From a virus (Duplodnaviria; Heunggongvirae; Uroviricota; Caudoviricetes), in the IMG/VR virus record IMGVR_UViG_3300013307_000015: a DNA stretch of 64,000 bases; one strand, written 5' to 3'. Made by a program: the position numbers and the translations under genes. The notes beneath the pieces are model-generated. The model worked only from the letters and a program-made list of their open reading frames with translations. It had not been told where the DNA came from and made no database searches. Of this stretch, positions 1 through 8,964 are shown in pieces. The first letter of the stretch is position 1. Every line of letters starts with the position of its first letter.

Positions 1-971
1 GCTTCGTCATCACCAACCTGCGCACCGACAACGGCGCGACGCTCGGCAAGCAGCTGCTGGCCCTGCTGACCGTCTACACGCTGCGTAAGCCGGGTGCCTG
101 GTATCCCGCGTTCAAGCCGCAGTACAACCTCGGCCGCGACAAGGATCTGGACATCAAGGACATCGGCGCGATCGGCCTCGAAACGATGATCGATCCGGCG
201 ACGGGCGTCGGCACGCGCATCAACACGAAGACGGACACGTTCCGTGCGCAGGATCTGGGCGCGCTGCTGCACGCCACGGTTCGCGACGGTCTGGTGATCT
301 CGCTCGACGTCGAAGAATGCGGCGACTCCACGTGGCCGAACGTGGACTTCGCGGAAGCAGCCCGCATGCCGAACAGCCAGGAAGAAGCAGCGCGCAAGCG
401 TGAAGCTTCGGAAAAGCTGTACGATGCGGTGAACTACCTGACCAACGGCGGGCTGGAAAAGACCGGCTTCGTGCGTGGCAGCGAAATCTGCTTCAACGAA
501 AACAACCGCATCGTGCTGGGCAACTATCCGGGTGCCGACGGCGAACTGCGCGACGTCCGCGACGTCGACACGGTGGCGATGTACAACCTGATGGGCGAGC
601 GCGACATCAAGGTTGCACGTGACTGGACGGATACGTATCTGCGTAGCGACCTGCCGATCGAGCAGCGTCTCGACGCACGCATCCACATCCTCCAGACGCT
701 GATCCCGAGCCTGAAGATCACGGGCTTCGCGACGCGTATCACCTTCCGTGACGACTTCCTGCAAGCGTTCACGACGGCTGCGGCTGGCACCGGTCTCGCG
801 ATCCGCGAATCGGCTCCGTTCGGCGAAGTGCAAGGCTTCGACGTGCCGCAGTACCAGTTCGTCCAGCAAGCGCTCGGCGGCTACCAGACCACCAACCTGT
901 TCCAGCAAGGTGGCCTGAATCCGCAACCCGGCGGCCAGTTCGGCGGCGCATGGCGCGGTCGCTGGAACTAA
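1..971 (+). CDS. chmA: Chimallin / phage nuclear shell protein, C-terminal part (phiKZ gp54-like); 5' truncated by window
   Basis: Frame is open from nt 3 (FVITNLRTDNG...DIKDIGAIGLE) into ORF 186..971. Strong high-expression codon bias, own terminator, and directly upstream of the gp55-like RNAP subunit, matching conserved chimallivirus synteny. Identity is from recalled similarity and synteny. Confidence 0.8.
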   Translation, partial: FVITNLRTDNGATLGKQLLALLTVYTLRKPGAWYPAFKPQYNLGRDKDLDIKDIGAIGLETMIDPATGVGTRINTKTDTFRAQDLGALLHATVRDGLVISLDVEECGDSTWPNVDFAEAARMPNSQEEAARKREASEKLYDAVNYLTNGGLEKTGFVRGSEICFNENNRIVLGNYPGADGELRDVRDVDTVAMYNLMGERDIKVARDWTDTYLRSDLPIEQRLDARIHILQTLIPSLKITGFATRITFRDDFLQAFTTAAAGTGLAIRESAPFGEVQGFDVPQYQFVQQALGGYQTTNLFQQGGLNPQPGGQFGGAWRGRWN

Positions 972-996
972 TCCGCACGGCAGCTGAAGTAGTGTG

Positions 997-1029
997 AAAA
1001 GAGAGGACCTTCGGGTCCTCTCTTTTTTT
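997..1029 (+). terminator. Intrinsic terminator after chimallin
   Basis: AAAAGAGAGGACC-TTCG-GGTCCTCTCTTTTTTT; C(UUCG)G tetraloop plus U-tract. Confidence 0.9.
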
Positions 1030-1055
1030 CTTAAGGCTATCGTGAGGAGAAGTGA

Positions 1056-2531
1056 ATGGGCGTCTCATTAATTCTGGCGGATCTGGACGCCGTCAGGCTC
1101 AGCTCTCCGTATGACATCCACATCGTGAATGACATATCGGTAGCGCTGGCAAGCGAGAAAGAGGACTTCAACCGTAAGATCTATACGAAGTTCTCCGGCG
1201 ACGACTTGCTGAGCAATCTGCCTACCTGTTCGTGCGGTGCGACGACAGGCGAGCCCAACAAAGGCGAAACCTGCCCCGAGTGTCACTCACTCGTGGTTGA
1301 TGCAGCAATGCAGGATCTTCAGCCGATCGTGTGGATGAGGGCTCCGAATGGGGTCAGGTCACTCATCAATCCCGAGTTCTGGACAATGATTTCGGAGTTC
1401 TTCTCACGAAGCAATTTCGACGTCTTGCGCTGGATCGCGGACACGAACTATCATCCGGTGGTGCGCGTGCCTGCCGTGATGGATGCAGTAAAAGCAGTGA
1501 TTCCGGATCGTGGTTACAACTACCTCATCGACAACTTCTTCCCGATTGTGGAAGCGTTGATGGAGTTGAAGGTTTATCGGACGCCAAAAAAGAGGGAAAT
1601 GGCTGCCGATTTAATGGAACTGATGCGCCGGTATCGTCATTGCTTGTTCCCGCAGTATGTCCCGTTTCCCAACAAAGCGCTGGTGGTCATTGAGCGCAGT
1701 AATGTCGGCACGTATATCGACACCACGATTAGCGGCGTGGTCGATGCGATCCGAACAATGACCGGGATTGATCTTCCCGAAAACAATTACTCTGTCCGAG
1801 TTAAGGAGAACCGGACGATTAAGACCATCTGTCAGTATGCGGAATTCCATCAAGAGTGGGCTTCCAAGTCACTGGCAGGTAAGCCTGGCATTTTGCGAAA
1901 GCACATCTGCGGCTCGCGGTCGGACTTCAGTTTCCGTGCAGTGATCGACTCGATCAGTGACGCACACCGGTATGATGACATCTACATCAGCTGGGGCATT
2001 GCTGTGTCGGTTTTCCGCTTGCATCTGGCAAACAAGCTCGACAAGATGGGCTGGCTGGCCAACAAGATCGTGGAGTTCATCGACGAGCATGCACTGAAGT
2101 TTCATCCGCTGCTCGCCAAGTTGCTCGACGAACTCATCGCAGAAGCACCGGGTGGTCGGATCCCTGTGATCCTGGGTCGCAATCCGTCATTGCAGCGCGG
2201 CTCGACACAACAGTTGTTTATTAGTAAGGTGAAGCATGATGTGCAGATCCCGACTATTTCGCTGTCCGTGCTCGTGCTCCGTAGCTTCAATGCCGACTTC
2301 GATGGCGATCAGGTCAACGTGTCGCTGGCAATGGACAACCGTACTGCACGAGACCAACGCGCACTTGCTCCCCACATGAGCGCGCTGGATTTGGATGAAC
2401 CGTATCACATTTCCGCAAGTCTGGCTTTCCCCAAGCCGGTCGTCAGCAGTATGGCGGAATGGATGCACGACGATGAAGGACCTCTCACGCCCGAAGAAAT
2501 CCGCATGATGGAATCGTTACCCGACGCATAA
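1056..2531 (+). CDS. rpoC: Non-virion RNA polymerase beta' subunit, N-terminal part (phiKZ gp55-like)
   Basis: Zn-binding CSCG...CPEC, GILRKHICGSRSDFSFRAVI, RNPSLQRGS and catalytic FNADFDGDQ motifs. Confidence 0.92.
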   Translation: MGVSLILADLDAVRLSSPYDIHIVNDISVALASEKEDFNRKIYTKFSGDDLLSNLPTCSCGATTGEPNKGETCPECHSLVVDAAMQDLQPIVWMRAPNGVRSLINPEFWTMISEFFSRSNFDVLRWIADTNYHPVVRVPAVMDAVKAVIPDRGYNYLIDNFFPIVEALMELKVYRTPKKREMAADLMELMRRYRHCLFPQYVPFPNKALVVIERSNVGTYIDTTISGVVDAIRTMTGIDLPENNYSVRVKENRTIKTICQYAEFHQEWASKSLAGKPGILRKHICGSRSDFSFRAVIDSISDAHRYDDIYISWGIAVSVFRLHLANKLDKMGWLANKIVEFIDEHALKFHPLLAKLLDELIAEAPGGRIPVILGRNPSLQRGSTQQLFISKVKHDVQIPTISLSVLVLRSFNADFDGDQVNVSLAMDNRTARDQRALAPHMSALDLDEPYHISASLAFPKPVVSSMAEWMHDDEGPLTPEEIRMMESLPDA

Positions 2532-2553
2532 CTCGCAAGGAGGTGAGTGAAAG

Positions 2554-3165
2554 ATGTACACTCCTGCACAGAGTGACTTTAACGCGCTGGCGTTTGGGAC
2601 TCCTCACCCTGGGACTCTCACTTACATACGCCAGAAGTTTGATACCCTGTCAACCGCACTGACCGACAGGGGTCGTGAGTTCATGGCTGATGCGCGTCAA
2701 ATGTGGGACCAGTTCATGGGTTCTGCTGCGATGCGTAAAGCTCGGGCTGTCAAGGAAAAGCTGCTGGACGGCATGTATTTGCGCAATGAAGCGCAGTACT
2801 ATACGACCATCGGCCAATTCCAGTCAGCCACACCCATGATGCAAGGGTACATCATGGCGCATCCGGAAGTGAAGCAGATGTATTACGATCAGCGACTCGA
2901 TGGTTATTCGGGAAGCTGGGTCGACACCAATCCGGGTGCAATCGGTTGGAATGATCCGGTGTATCGGCAAGTGATGAACGGGATTGCAGTAGATCACCCC
3001 GAGCATGACTTCCATATCCGGGTTGTGCTGGATGATCTGCCGGACAACATCCTCCCGCTTCAGATCGACGAAAAGGTCAAGATCATGGCGACGTGGGAAA
3101 CGTTGCGTGGTTTGATCGATGCGGGACAAGAAGATCCGACCTCGCAGTCCGGCGGCATGCTGTAA
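2554..3165 (+). CDS. Conserved jumbo phage hypothetical protein
   Basis: 203-aa ORF with GGAGG RBS, followed by a terminator. Confidence 0.75.
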   Translation: MYTPAQSDFNALAFGTPHPGTLTYIRQKFDTLSTALTDRGREFMADARQMWDQFMGSAAMRKARAVKEKLLDGMYLRNEAQYYTTIGQFQSATPMMQGYIMAHPEVKQMYYDQRLDGYSGSWVDTNPGAIGWNDPVYRQVMNGIAVDHPEHDFHIRVVLDDLPDNILPLQIDEKVKIMATWETLRGLIDAGQEDPTSQSGGML

Positions 3166-3192
3166 AGAATTGCGCAAGTGGTATGACCTTCA

Positions 3193-3220
3193 GGGGGGCT
3201 TCGGCTCCCCTTCTTTTTTT
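3193..3220 (+). terminator. Intrinsic terminator
   Basis: GGGGGGC-TTCG-GCTCCCC followed by TTCTTTTTTT. Confidence 0.85.
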
Positions 3221-3270
3221 GTCGACGTAAGATGATAATGCTGTGTACTAGGAACACTCACAGGTAACTT

Positions 3271-3711
3271 ATGTCGACTCTTAACACCGATGGAATCATC
3301 CCGTTGCCGAAGTTTTCCACGACCGGCTGGACGTATTCGTTGAATGAAAAGGCAGATGGCATCCTGTCTAACTTCTTCGAATCGGATGCGTATCAATCGA
3401 ATCTGTATGCTGGCAACGTCAGCAGCATGCAGGGACTGGTTCAGCAGTTCAACAGCGATCCAGTCAAACTCGTGACGAATGTGCGGCAAACCTTGGAGAA
3501 GTATCTGTTGCGCTACTATCCGGATGGCGTAACCGTGAACGTCACTTCTCCGGCCACTAGCCCGACATGGCAAGGCTCGGTCTACGAGATCACGATCTCG
3601 GCAACCGTTACGGAACAAGGTACCCAGTATTCCTTTGGTTACCTCGTCTCGGCTGAGAATTCCATCATCAGCAAAATTGCCCGGCTTAACAACAACGGCT
3701 CGGCATTCTAA
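3271..3711 (+). CDS. Hypothetical protein, possibly T4 gp25-like baseplate/sheath initiator
   Basis: 146-aa ORF. Helix (TLEKYLLRYY) followed by beta strands (VTVNVT, YEITISATV) resembles the gp25 pattern; the fold call is inference. Confidence 0.5.
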   Translation: MSTLNTDGIIPLPKFSTTGWTYSLNEKADGILSNFFESDAYQSNLYAGNVSSMQGLVQQFNSDPVKLVTNVRQTLEKYLLRYYPDGVTVNVTSPATSPTWQGSVYEITISATVTEQGTQYSFGYLVSAENSIISKIARLNNNGSAF

Positions 3712-3770
3712 CCAGATGTTTTTTCACGCAGTGTGTTCATGCTGTAGTGGAGAAACCCGGAGAAAAAGCA

Positions 3771-4406
3771 ATGAATCAACCCACGCGACAAACGCTGGTG
3801 GAGCAGTTCATCCAGCAACGTTCGGCTCGCTTATCCAGCGAGTTGGACAAAGTCGAAGACCTGATGAAGGACATCAACCCGACGGCTCGGGTGGAACTGG
3901 ACGAGTTCTACTTCCGTGCATTCGTGGACGTCTTCACAGGCGAAGAAAAGATGATGTACTTCGGCGAAGGCGAAGAAGCCCGCCGGACTGCTCTGCGTAC
4001 GTGGACGAACGTGGCCACGAGCATGTTGCACGAGGTCGACGTCTACGGTCTGGTCGAAGGCAAGCGTACGCTGCTTTTCACCGTACCGCCGCTGCTCGAT
4101 CGGGAAATGATGGAACCGACCGAAAAGCTCGAAGGCCGTCCGTCCGTGTACGGCGCAGTGGTGAACGCCGGGCACATCAGCAACATGTCGAAATCGCAGG
4201 GCGAGCAGTACCTGATCGACTACCTCGGCGAGCGTTTGACCCGGATGTATCACCCGGAGACGATGCTCAAGAACGCGGCTGCGTGGAACAAGATCTTCGC
4301 GTTCTACGGTCGCAAGCCGCTCGTTCCGGCTATCTCGAACGAAAAGGATCAGAAGAACAACGGTAACATCAGCAATGATGAAGTCGTTGGCTTCGACCCG
4401 CTGTAA
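3771..4406 (+). CDS. Conserved jumbo phage hypothetical protein
   Basis: ORF 3747..4406; start moved to ATG 3771 behind a GGAG RBS. Confidence 0.75.
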   Translation: MNQPTRQTLVEQFIQQRSARLSSELDKVEDLMKDINPTARVELDEFYFRAFVDVFTGEEKMMYFGEGEEARRTALRTWTNVATSMLHEVDVYGLVEGKRTLLFTVPPLLDREMMEPTEKLEGRPSVYGAVVNAGHISNMSKSQGEQYLIDYLGERLTRMYHPETMLKNAAAWNKIFAFYGRKPLVPAISNEKDQKNNGNISNDEVVGFDPL

Positions 4407-4424
4407 TCCTTCATGGAGAGCTAC

Positions 4425-5555
4425 ATGGCCATGAAGGTTAAGAAGATTAATCTGGCCGTCCTCTCCGACATTCATCTCGGGCATAAACGCAACAGCACCT
4501 CTGAGATCATTAAGAATCTCAGGGTTGCTGTTGCGGACGATGCCTCGACTGCACAACTCGACATCATTTTCCTGGCCGGAGACGTCTTCGATGACTTGCT
4601 CTTGCTAAATGATGATGATGTCTACGAGATCGATCTTTGGATCTACCATTTGCTGACTTTGTGCGCAAAGTACGGCATTAAGCTGCGGGTGCTAGAAGGC
4701 ACACCGCGCCATGACCGCTTGCAATCGAATCGCTTTGTGCTGATTAACGAAGTGATGGGTCATGCGGTGGATCTGAAATGGGTTACGAAGATTTCGGTGG
4801 AGCACATCGAGGAATTCGGGTTGGATGTCTTGTACATCCCGGACGAGGCTACGGAGTCGCCTGAGAAGACACTGCGCATCGCTAAGGAAGTGATGGCAGC
4901 AAGGGGATTGGAGCAGGTTGATCTTGCGATCATGCATGGTTGCTTTGATTACCAGATTCCGTATCTGGCAAGCGACCACAAACACGATTCGAATGCTTAT
5001 CTGGAAATGGTCAAGTACCTGATCTTTATCGGGCACGTCCACACTTCCAGCACCTTGGCACGCATCATCGCGCAAGGGTCATTTGATCGGCTGTCTCATG
5101 GGCAAGAAGAGCCCAAGGGGCATTACCGCGCCACGTTGTACAACAGTGGCGAGTGGGAGGCAAACTTTGTCGAAAATACTGGAGCGAAGAAGTTCGTTAC
5201 GCTCAAGTGTCAGGAGACTTCGCTGGAGGAAACGCTGGTTGAGATTAACGAGTTGGTGCAGACTTTACCGCCCTACTCCCACATTCGTTTGGATCTTGAT
5301 CGCGACCATCCTCTCCTAGCCAGCACCGACACGTTGATTCGACGGTGGCCGTTGATTACGTGGGAAAAGATTGTCAGGGATACCGGTGAAGAAGAACTCA
5401 TTGCTGAGCCGGAAATCGAAGACGAGTACAAACCGATCCAGATCACTCGCGATAACATCGTGGAGATGATGATGAATCGCATCATGTTGCATCCTGACAT
5501 TGAGGCGGATCTTATCGATGTGGTTCGGGAACAACTTGAAAAGGTGGTGTCATGA
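4425..5555 (+). CDS. sbcD: SbcD/Mre11-like metallophosphoesterase nuclease (phiKZ gp65-like)
   Basis: Calcineurin-like motifs SDIHLG, AGDVFD, GTPRHD, MHG, GHVH and GSFDR; start set at ATG 4425 behind GGAG. Confidence 0.85.
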   Translation: MAMKVKKINLAVLSDIHLGHKRNSTSEIIKNLRVAVADDASTAQLDIIFLAGDVFDDLLLLNDDDVYEIDLWIYHLLTLCAKYGIKLRVLEGTPRHDRLQSNRFVLINEVMGHAVDLKWVTKISVEHIEEFGLDVLYIPDEATESPEKTLRIAKEVMAARGLEQVDLAIMHGCFDYQIPYLASDHKHDSNAYLEMVKYLIFIGHVHTSSTLARIIAQGSFDRLSHGQEEPKGHYRATLYNSGEWEANFVENTGAKKFVTLKCQETSLEETLVEINELVQTLPPYSHIRLDLDRDHPLLASTDTLIRRWPLITWEKIVRDTGEEELIAEPEIEDEYKPIQITRDNIVEMMMNRIMLHPDIEADLIDVVREQLEKVVS

Positions 5556-6415
5556 GCGTAAGTGAACGGCACTTGTCGGAGCGAACGATTGGACAGTTGC
5601 CGCTGTCCGTGGGCACTTCGCTGGCTATTGAATCGGCGCTCGGCATCCACCCTGACATCAAGGTGAATGCACCACCGATTCGGCAGTACACGGAGTTCTG
5701 GGTCAACTTGAAGACGCTCTACCGCAACATGGTAGGGTCCTTACAAGCAGACGCCATGAACCAAGTGTTGGGTGTGCCCGTTGGCGAAGAGATTCGCCAT
5801 GAGATGGATCGTATCGACTCCATGATTGGAGACGAGTACAACGTGAAGGTGGTGTACTACGCCTGCAACTACAACCATCTCCAGCAGAAGTATCCGAATG
5901 CTCGAATTCGGATGGACACGACGGCGAAGCAAAAGCTCTACACCAAGACCATGATGGATGCACTTCAACATCTGATCTTGGCCGAGCAACCGCCGGCGCA
6001 CCTGAAGATTGAATCACGGGTGCGAGTCTTTAACACGACACTGAAACCCACAGTGTCGGTGAAGACGATGATACTGACACACGTTCCTTTGGACTTGTGC
6101 AGTGCCAAGCATTTCGGTGAGTTGACGTTGTTGGAGTCACACACCGGGGCGATCAAGGAAAAGGCACAGTGGTACACCAAGTATCTGCAAGGCAAAGATC
6201 TGACCAGAATGCCGTTCCGGGAAGATCTCTTACAGATCTTTGGCGACCACGAGATGTTTCACCCATACCCGATTGAACAAAGACGCGAGCTAATGGAGGT
6301 AGCGGAAAAGTATAAATGGACCAGTCTGACAACCATCGATAAGTTGCGATATAGCATCGAGCAACTCAAGAATCCCTACTTCAAAGCAAAGCTGAAAGCG
6401 ATGCTAGTACCCTGA
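5552..6415 (+). CDS. Conserved chimallivirus hypothetical protein (gp66-like position)
   Basis: 287-aa ORF with ATGA overlap to the sbcD-like gene. Confidence 0.7.
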   Translation: MSVSERHLSERTIGQLPLSVGTSLAIESALGIHPDIKVNAPPIRQYTEFWVNLKTLYRNMVGSLQADAMNQVLGVPVGEEIRHEMDRIDSMIGDEYNVKVVYYACNYNHLQQKYPNARIRMDTTAKQKLYTKTMMDALQHLILAEQPPAHLKIESRVRVFNTTLKPTVSVKTMILTHVPLDLCSAKHFGELTLLESHTGAIKEKAQWYTKYLQGKDLTRMPFREDLLQIFGDHEMFHPYPIEQRRELMEVAEKYKWTSLTTIDKLRYSIEQLKNPYFKAKLKAMLVP

Positions 6416-6529
6416 AAAACGTCATAAATTTTTAGAATTTGTAGGCGTTTGTCGGGGAAACACTGGGAATTTACGTACCCGGAGCATTCTCTGAGTGCGT
6501 CCGTACATTATCTTCAATCGAGAAAAACC

Positions 6530-7276
6530 ATGGCATACGACAACAATCGCTCCTTTCCGCAACGTCCGAAGAATGTCCTCGATGACCGTCGCGTCGGTCT
6601 GTCGGCTCCTTCGTCCGCAAAGGGAAAGTGGGCATCGTTGAACTGGGGTTACTTCGGTAACCAAGCTCGCCTGACCCTCTGGACGAACGATCCGGACGAT
6701 CAGTCGGACAAGCGCAACAACAACGGCAAGATCGACGTCAAGATGCCGCCGACGGACTTCTGCAAGTTCCTCGTGCTGCTGGAGATGGCGATCAACTTCC
6801 CGGACACGGGCGACCACAAGCACTGGATGGAAATCAAGGACTACTCCTGGTTCGGCCGGGAAAAGTCCAAAGATGTCGAAGTGCAGGGTACGCTCTACGT
6901 CGGTAAGAAAGACGGCGAAGTCTGGATGTCGCTCGTCTCGAAGGACAAGAACCGTCCGCGCATCAAGTTCCCGTTCGGCAACACGATGTACACGGCGTTC
7001 TACAACGGCAACGGCGAAGCGATGACCAACGCGGAAACTTCGGTGCTGGTCGCGAAAGCCAACCTGCTGTTCCTGAAGCATTCGATCCCGACGCTGGCGA
7101 TCGACACGTACAAGGAACCCGAGAAGAAGGAAGGCGGCAACAACGGTGGTAACCGTGGTGGCAGCTACGGCAACAATCGCGGTGGTGGCAATTACGACGG
7201 CGGCGGCCGTTCGGGTTCGGGCAGCAACAACGATACCCCGGACAGCGACGGCTACGACGACGACGTTCCCTTCTAA
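6530..7276 (+). CDS. chmC: ChmC-like nucleic-acid-binding protein (gp67 position) with N/G/R-rich tail and acidic DDDVPF end
   Basis: Lies just before the gp68-like gene. C-terminal GGNNGGNRGGSYGNNRGGGNYDGGGR low-complexity tail and SSB-like acidic tip. Start moved to ATG 6530. Confidence 0.65.
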   Translation: MAYDNNRSFPQRPKNVLDDRRVGLSAPSSAKGKWASLNWGYFGNQARLTLWTNDPDDQSDKRNNNGKIDVKMPPTDFCKFLVLLEMAINFPDTGDHKHWMEIKDYSWFGREKSKDVEVQGTLYVGKKDGEVWMSLVSKDKNRPRIKFPFGNTMYTAFYNGNGEAMTNAETSVLVAKANLLFLKHSIPTLAIDTYKEPEKKEGGNNGGNRGGSYGNNRGGGNYDGGGRSGSGSNNDTPDSDGYDDDVPF

Positions 7277-7302
7277 GGAATCGTCGGCAACCAAGTAGGA
7301 AA

Positions 7303-7322
7303 GGGAAGCCTTCGGGCTTCCC
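7303..7322 (+). terminator. GC hairpin with UUCG loop, no U-tract (terminator or RNA stability hairpin)
   Basis: GGGAAGCC-TTCG-GGCTTCCC. Confidence 0.6.
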
Positions 7323-7329
7323 ACATTCA

Positions 7330-7353
7330 AGAAAGATTCAGCAATATATCACT
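7330..7353 (+). promoter_or_regulatory. Putative phage RNAP (early) promoter, copy 1
   Basis: AGAAAGATTCAgcaAtATATCAct; near-identical to 12622-12645. Confidence 0.6.
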
Positions 7354-7398
7354 TGCATGTAGTTGGAGTGGACTACGTTTGTAAGGAGAAGTAATTGA

Positions 7399-8964
7399 AT
7401 GAAAATTATCGTTGATCGGATGGGGAGCGGCGGTTCTTCGTCTGATGCGCAGATGGTCCATGATGGCATTACGATCATCTGGAACTACGCAGCGTTCAAG
7501 AAACAACAAGGAAAGGAGTCTACGACCACTGGGAGTTTGTTTGACGAGATCAACGAGTATTGGGAGCAACTGGAGAAACCGCACCAAGATGCGATCTTCA
7601 GCGTATATGTCCGCATCAAAGATGCATTCGAAAACACGGAAAATACGACTAGCCTGACTTCTATGTTAGGCCCGCTCCTGATCGAGCTTTGCAACTTGCA
7701 TCCGATCGATGACCTCGATCACTGGGTCAAGTTCAAGTCCGGCATCCGGATTCCGGAGAAGATCGGCGAGAAATTCGTGGAGAGCGATGATCTCTCCAAT
7801 ACGCGACTCAAGACCTATACGCGAGACGACTATCACAAGTTGCTCGTATTGGCTTTGGCGTTGCGTACCATCGTTCCCGTCTGGGGTGAAACCATCGCCT
7901 ATACGGAAAAACACAAAATCTGGGGAACGAACTGGAAAGAGTACAACGCGTATCGGCTGTTGTCCGGCACGCACCTGATGTACTGCGAAGCCATGGTCAA
8001 GCTTCGCGGATATGTGAACGCTTTTATCCCGACCGATAAATCGAAGCGACCACACTCAGCGATTCTTGCTGGCGTGGGAAGTGAGGACTTCCCTGAATGG
8101 TTGCTTGGGGTTATCGTCTTTCGTCGGGTCTGCACTGGCGACATTCGGAACAGCAATCCTGAATCGCATCTGGTTTCGTCGATCCACAGCTATACGCTCA
8201 ATCGACTAAATCCGGGTGAGTCCAGTTTCATCGGACACGTTCGGGAGAAGAACAATCGAAAGGAAATCGACGGCGACGAGAATAAGCTGTCACGGCTTGA
8301 AGGATACAAGATCCGACAAGAGCTGGCGGAAGGCGAGATCGGCATCATTGTTCAAGGTGCGCGTGACCCGTATCGTATCGCTCGTGCCATTTCCCCGACG
8401 ATTGACATGAGTTTGGTCAACGAAGCATTGGAGACCACTCGTGTACTGATGAATGTCCGCATCCAGCAACCTCAGAAAACGATCATGCAGTGGGTGCTTG
8501 ACCCGGCGATTAAGCCGCACGGGTTGGATCACCTCGAAAAGGATCTGTTCGTGCAAGCGCTGGCTGTTACTCAAGCCGTGCTTTGGCACAACAAGCACTA
8601 TCTGGTTGCAGGACTGGTAAGTGCGATCGCTGAGACGTCGGATGCAGAATTCGCCGAAGTCGGCATGGGCGGCCATGGTAGGATCCGAAAGGAACTTGGC
8701 GAACAGCTGACGGTCTTCTATCCCTATCACTACCGCCCCAGCAGCAAACAGCAAAAGGAATCGGGTCGACTTCAGAACGCGAGTGTATTGAACGTCGATG
8801 CCGTGACCAAGCAGTTCGACCAGTTTGGTTGGTTGATGACCTTGCCCAACGACAAGGTTCGAGTGATCAACAAAGATACAGCGAGTCGGCGGATCATTCT
8901 CCCCACTGACATCCGCAGTCAATTCGCTGAACTTTCAATTGCAGTAGCAAATCGGAGTCTGTAA
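7399..8964 (+). CDS. Non-virion RNAP specificity (sigma-like) subunit, phiKZ gp68-like
   Basis: 521-aa ORF at the gp68 position between the ChmC-like and PicA-like genes; size and synteny only. Confidence 0.65.
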   Translation: MKIIVDRMGSGGSSSDAQMVHDGITIIWNYAAFKKQQGKESTTTGSLFDEINEYWEQLEKPHQDAIFSVYVRIKDAFENTENTTSLTSMLGPLLIELCNLHPIDDLDHWVKFKSGIRIPEKIGEKFVESDDLSNTRLKTYTRDDYHKLLVLALALRTIVPVWGETIAYTEKHKIWGTNWKEYNAYRLLSGTHLMYCEAMVKLRGYVNAFIPTDKSKRPHSAILAGVGSEDFPEWLLGVIVFRRVCTGDIRNSNPESHLVSSIHSYTLNRLNPGESSFIGHVREKNNRKEIDGDENKLSRLEGYKIRQELAEGEIGIIVQGARDPYRIARAISPTIDMSLVNEALETTRVLMNVRIQQPQKTIMQWVLDPAIKPHGLDHLEKDLFVQALAVTQAVLWHNKHYLVAGLVSAIAETSDAEFAEVGMGGHGRIRKELGEQLTVFYPYHYRPSSKQQKESGRLQNASVLNVDAVTKQFDQFGWLMTLPNDKVRVINKDTASRRIILPTDIRSQFAELSIAVANRSL

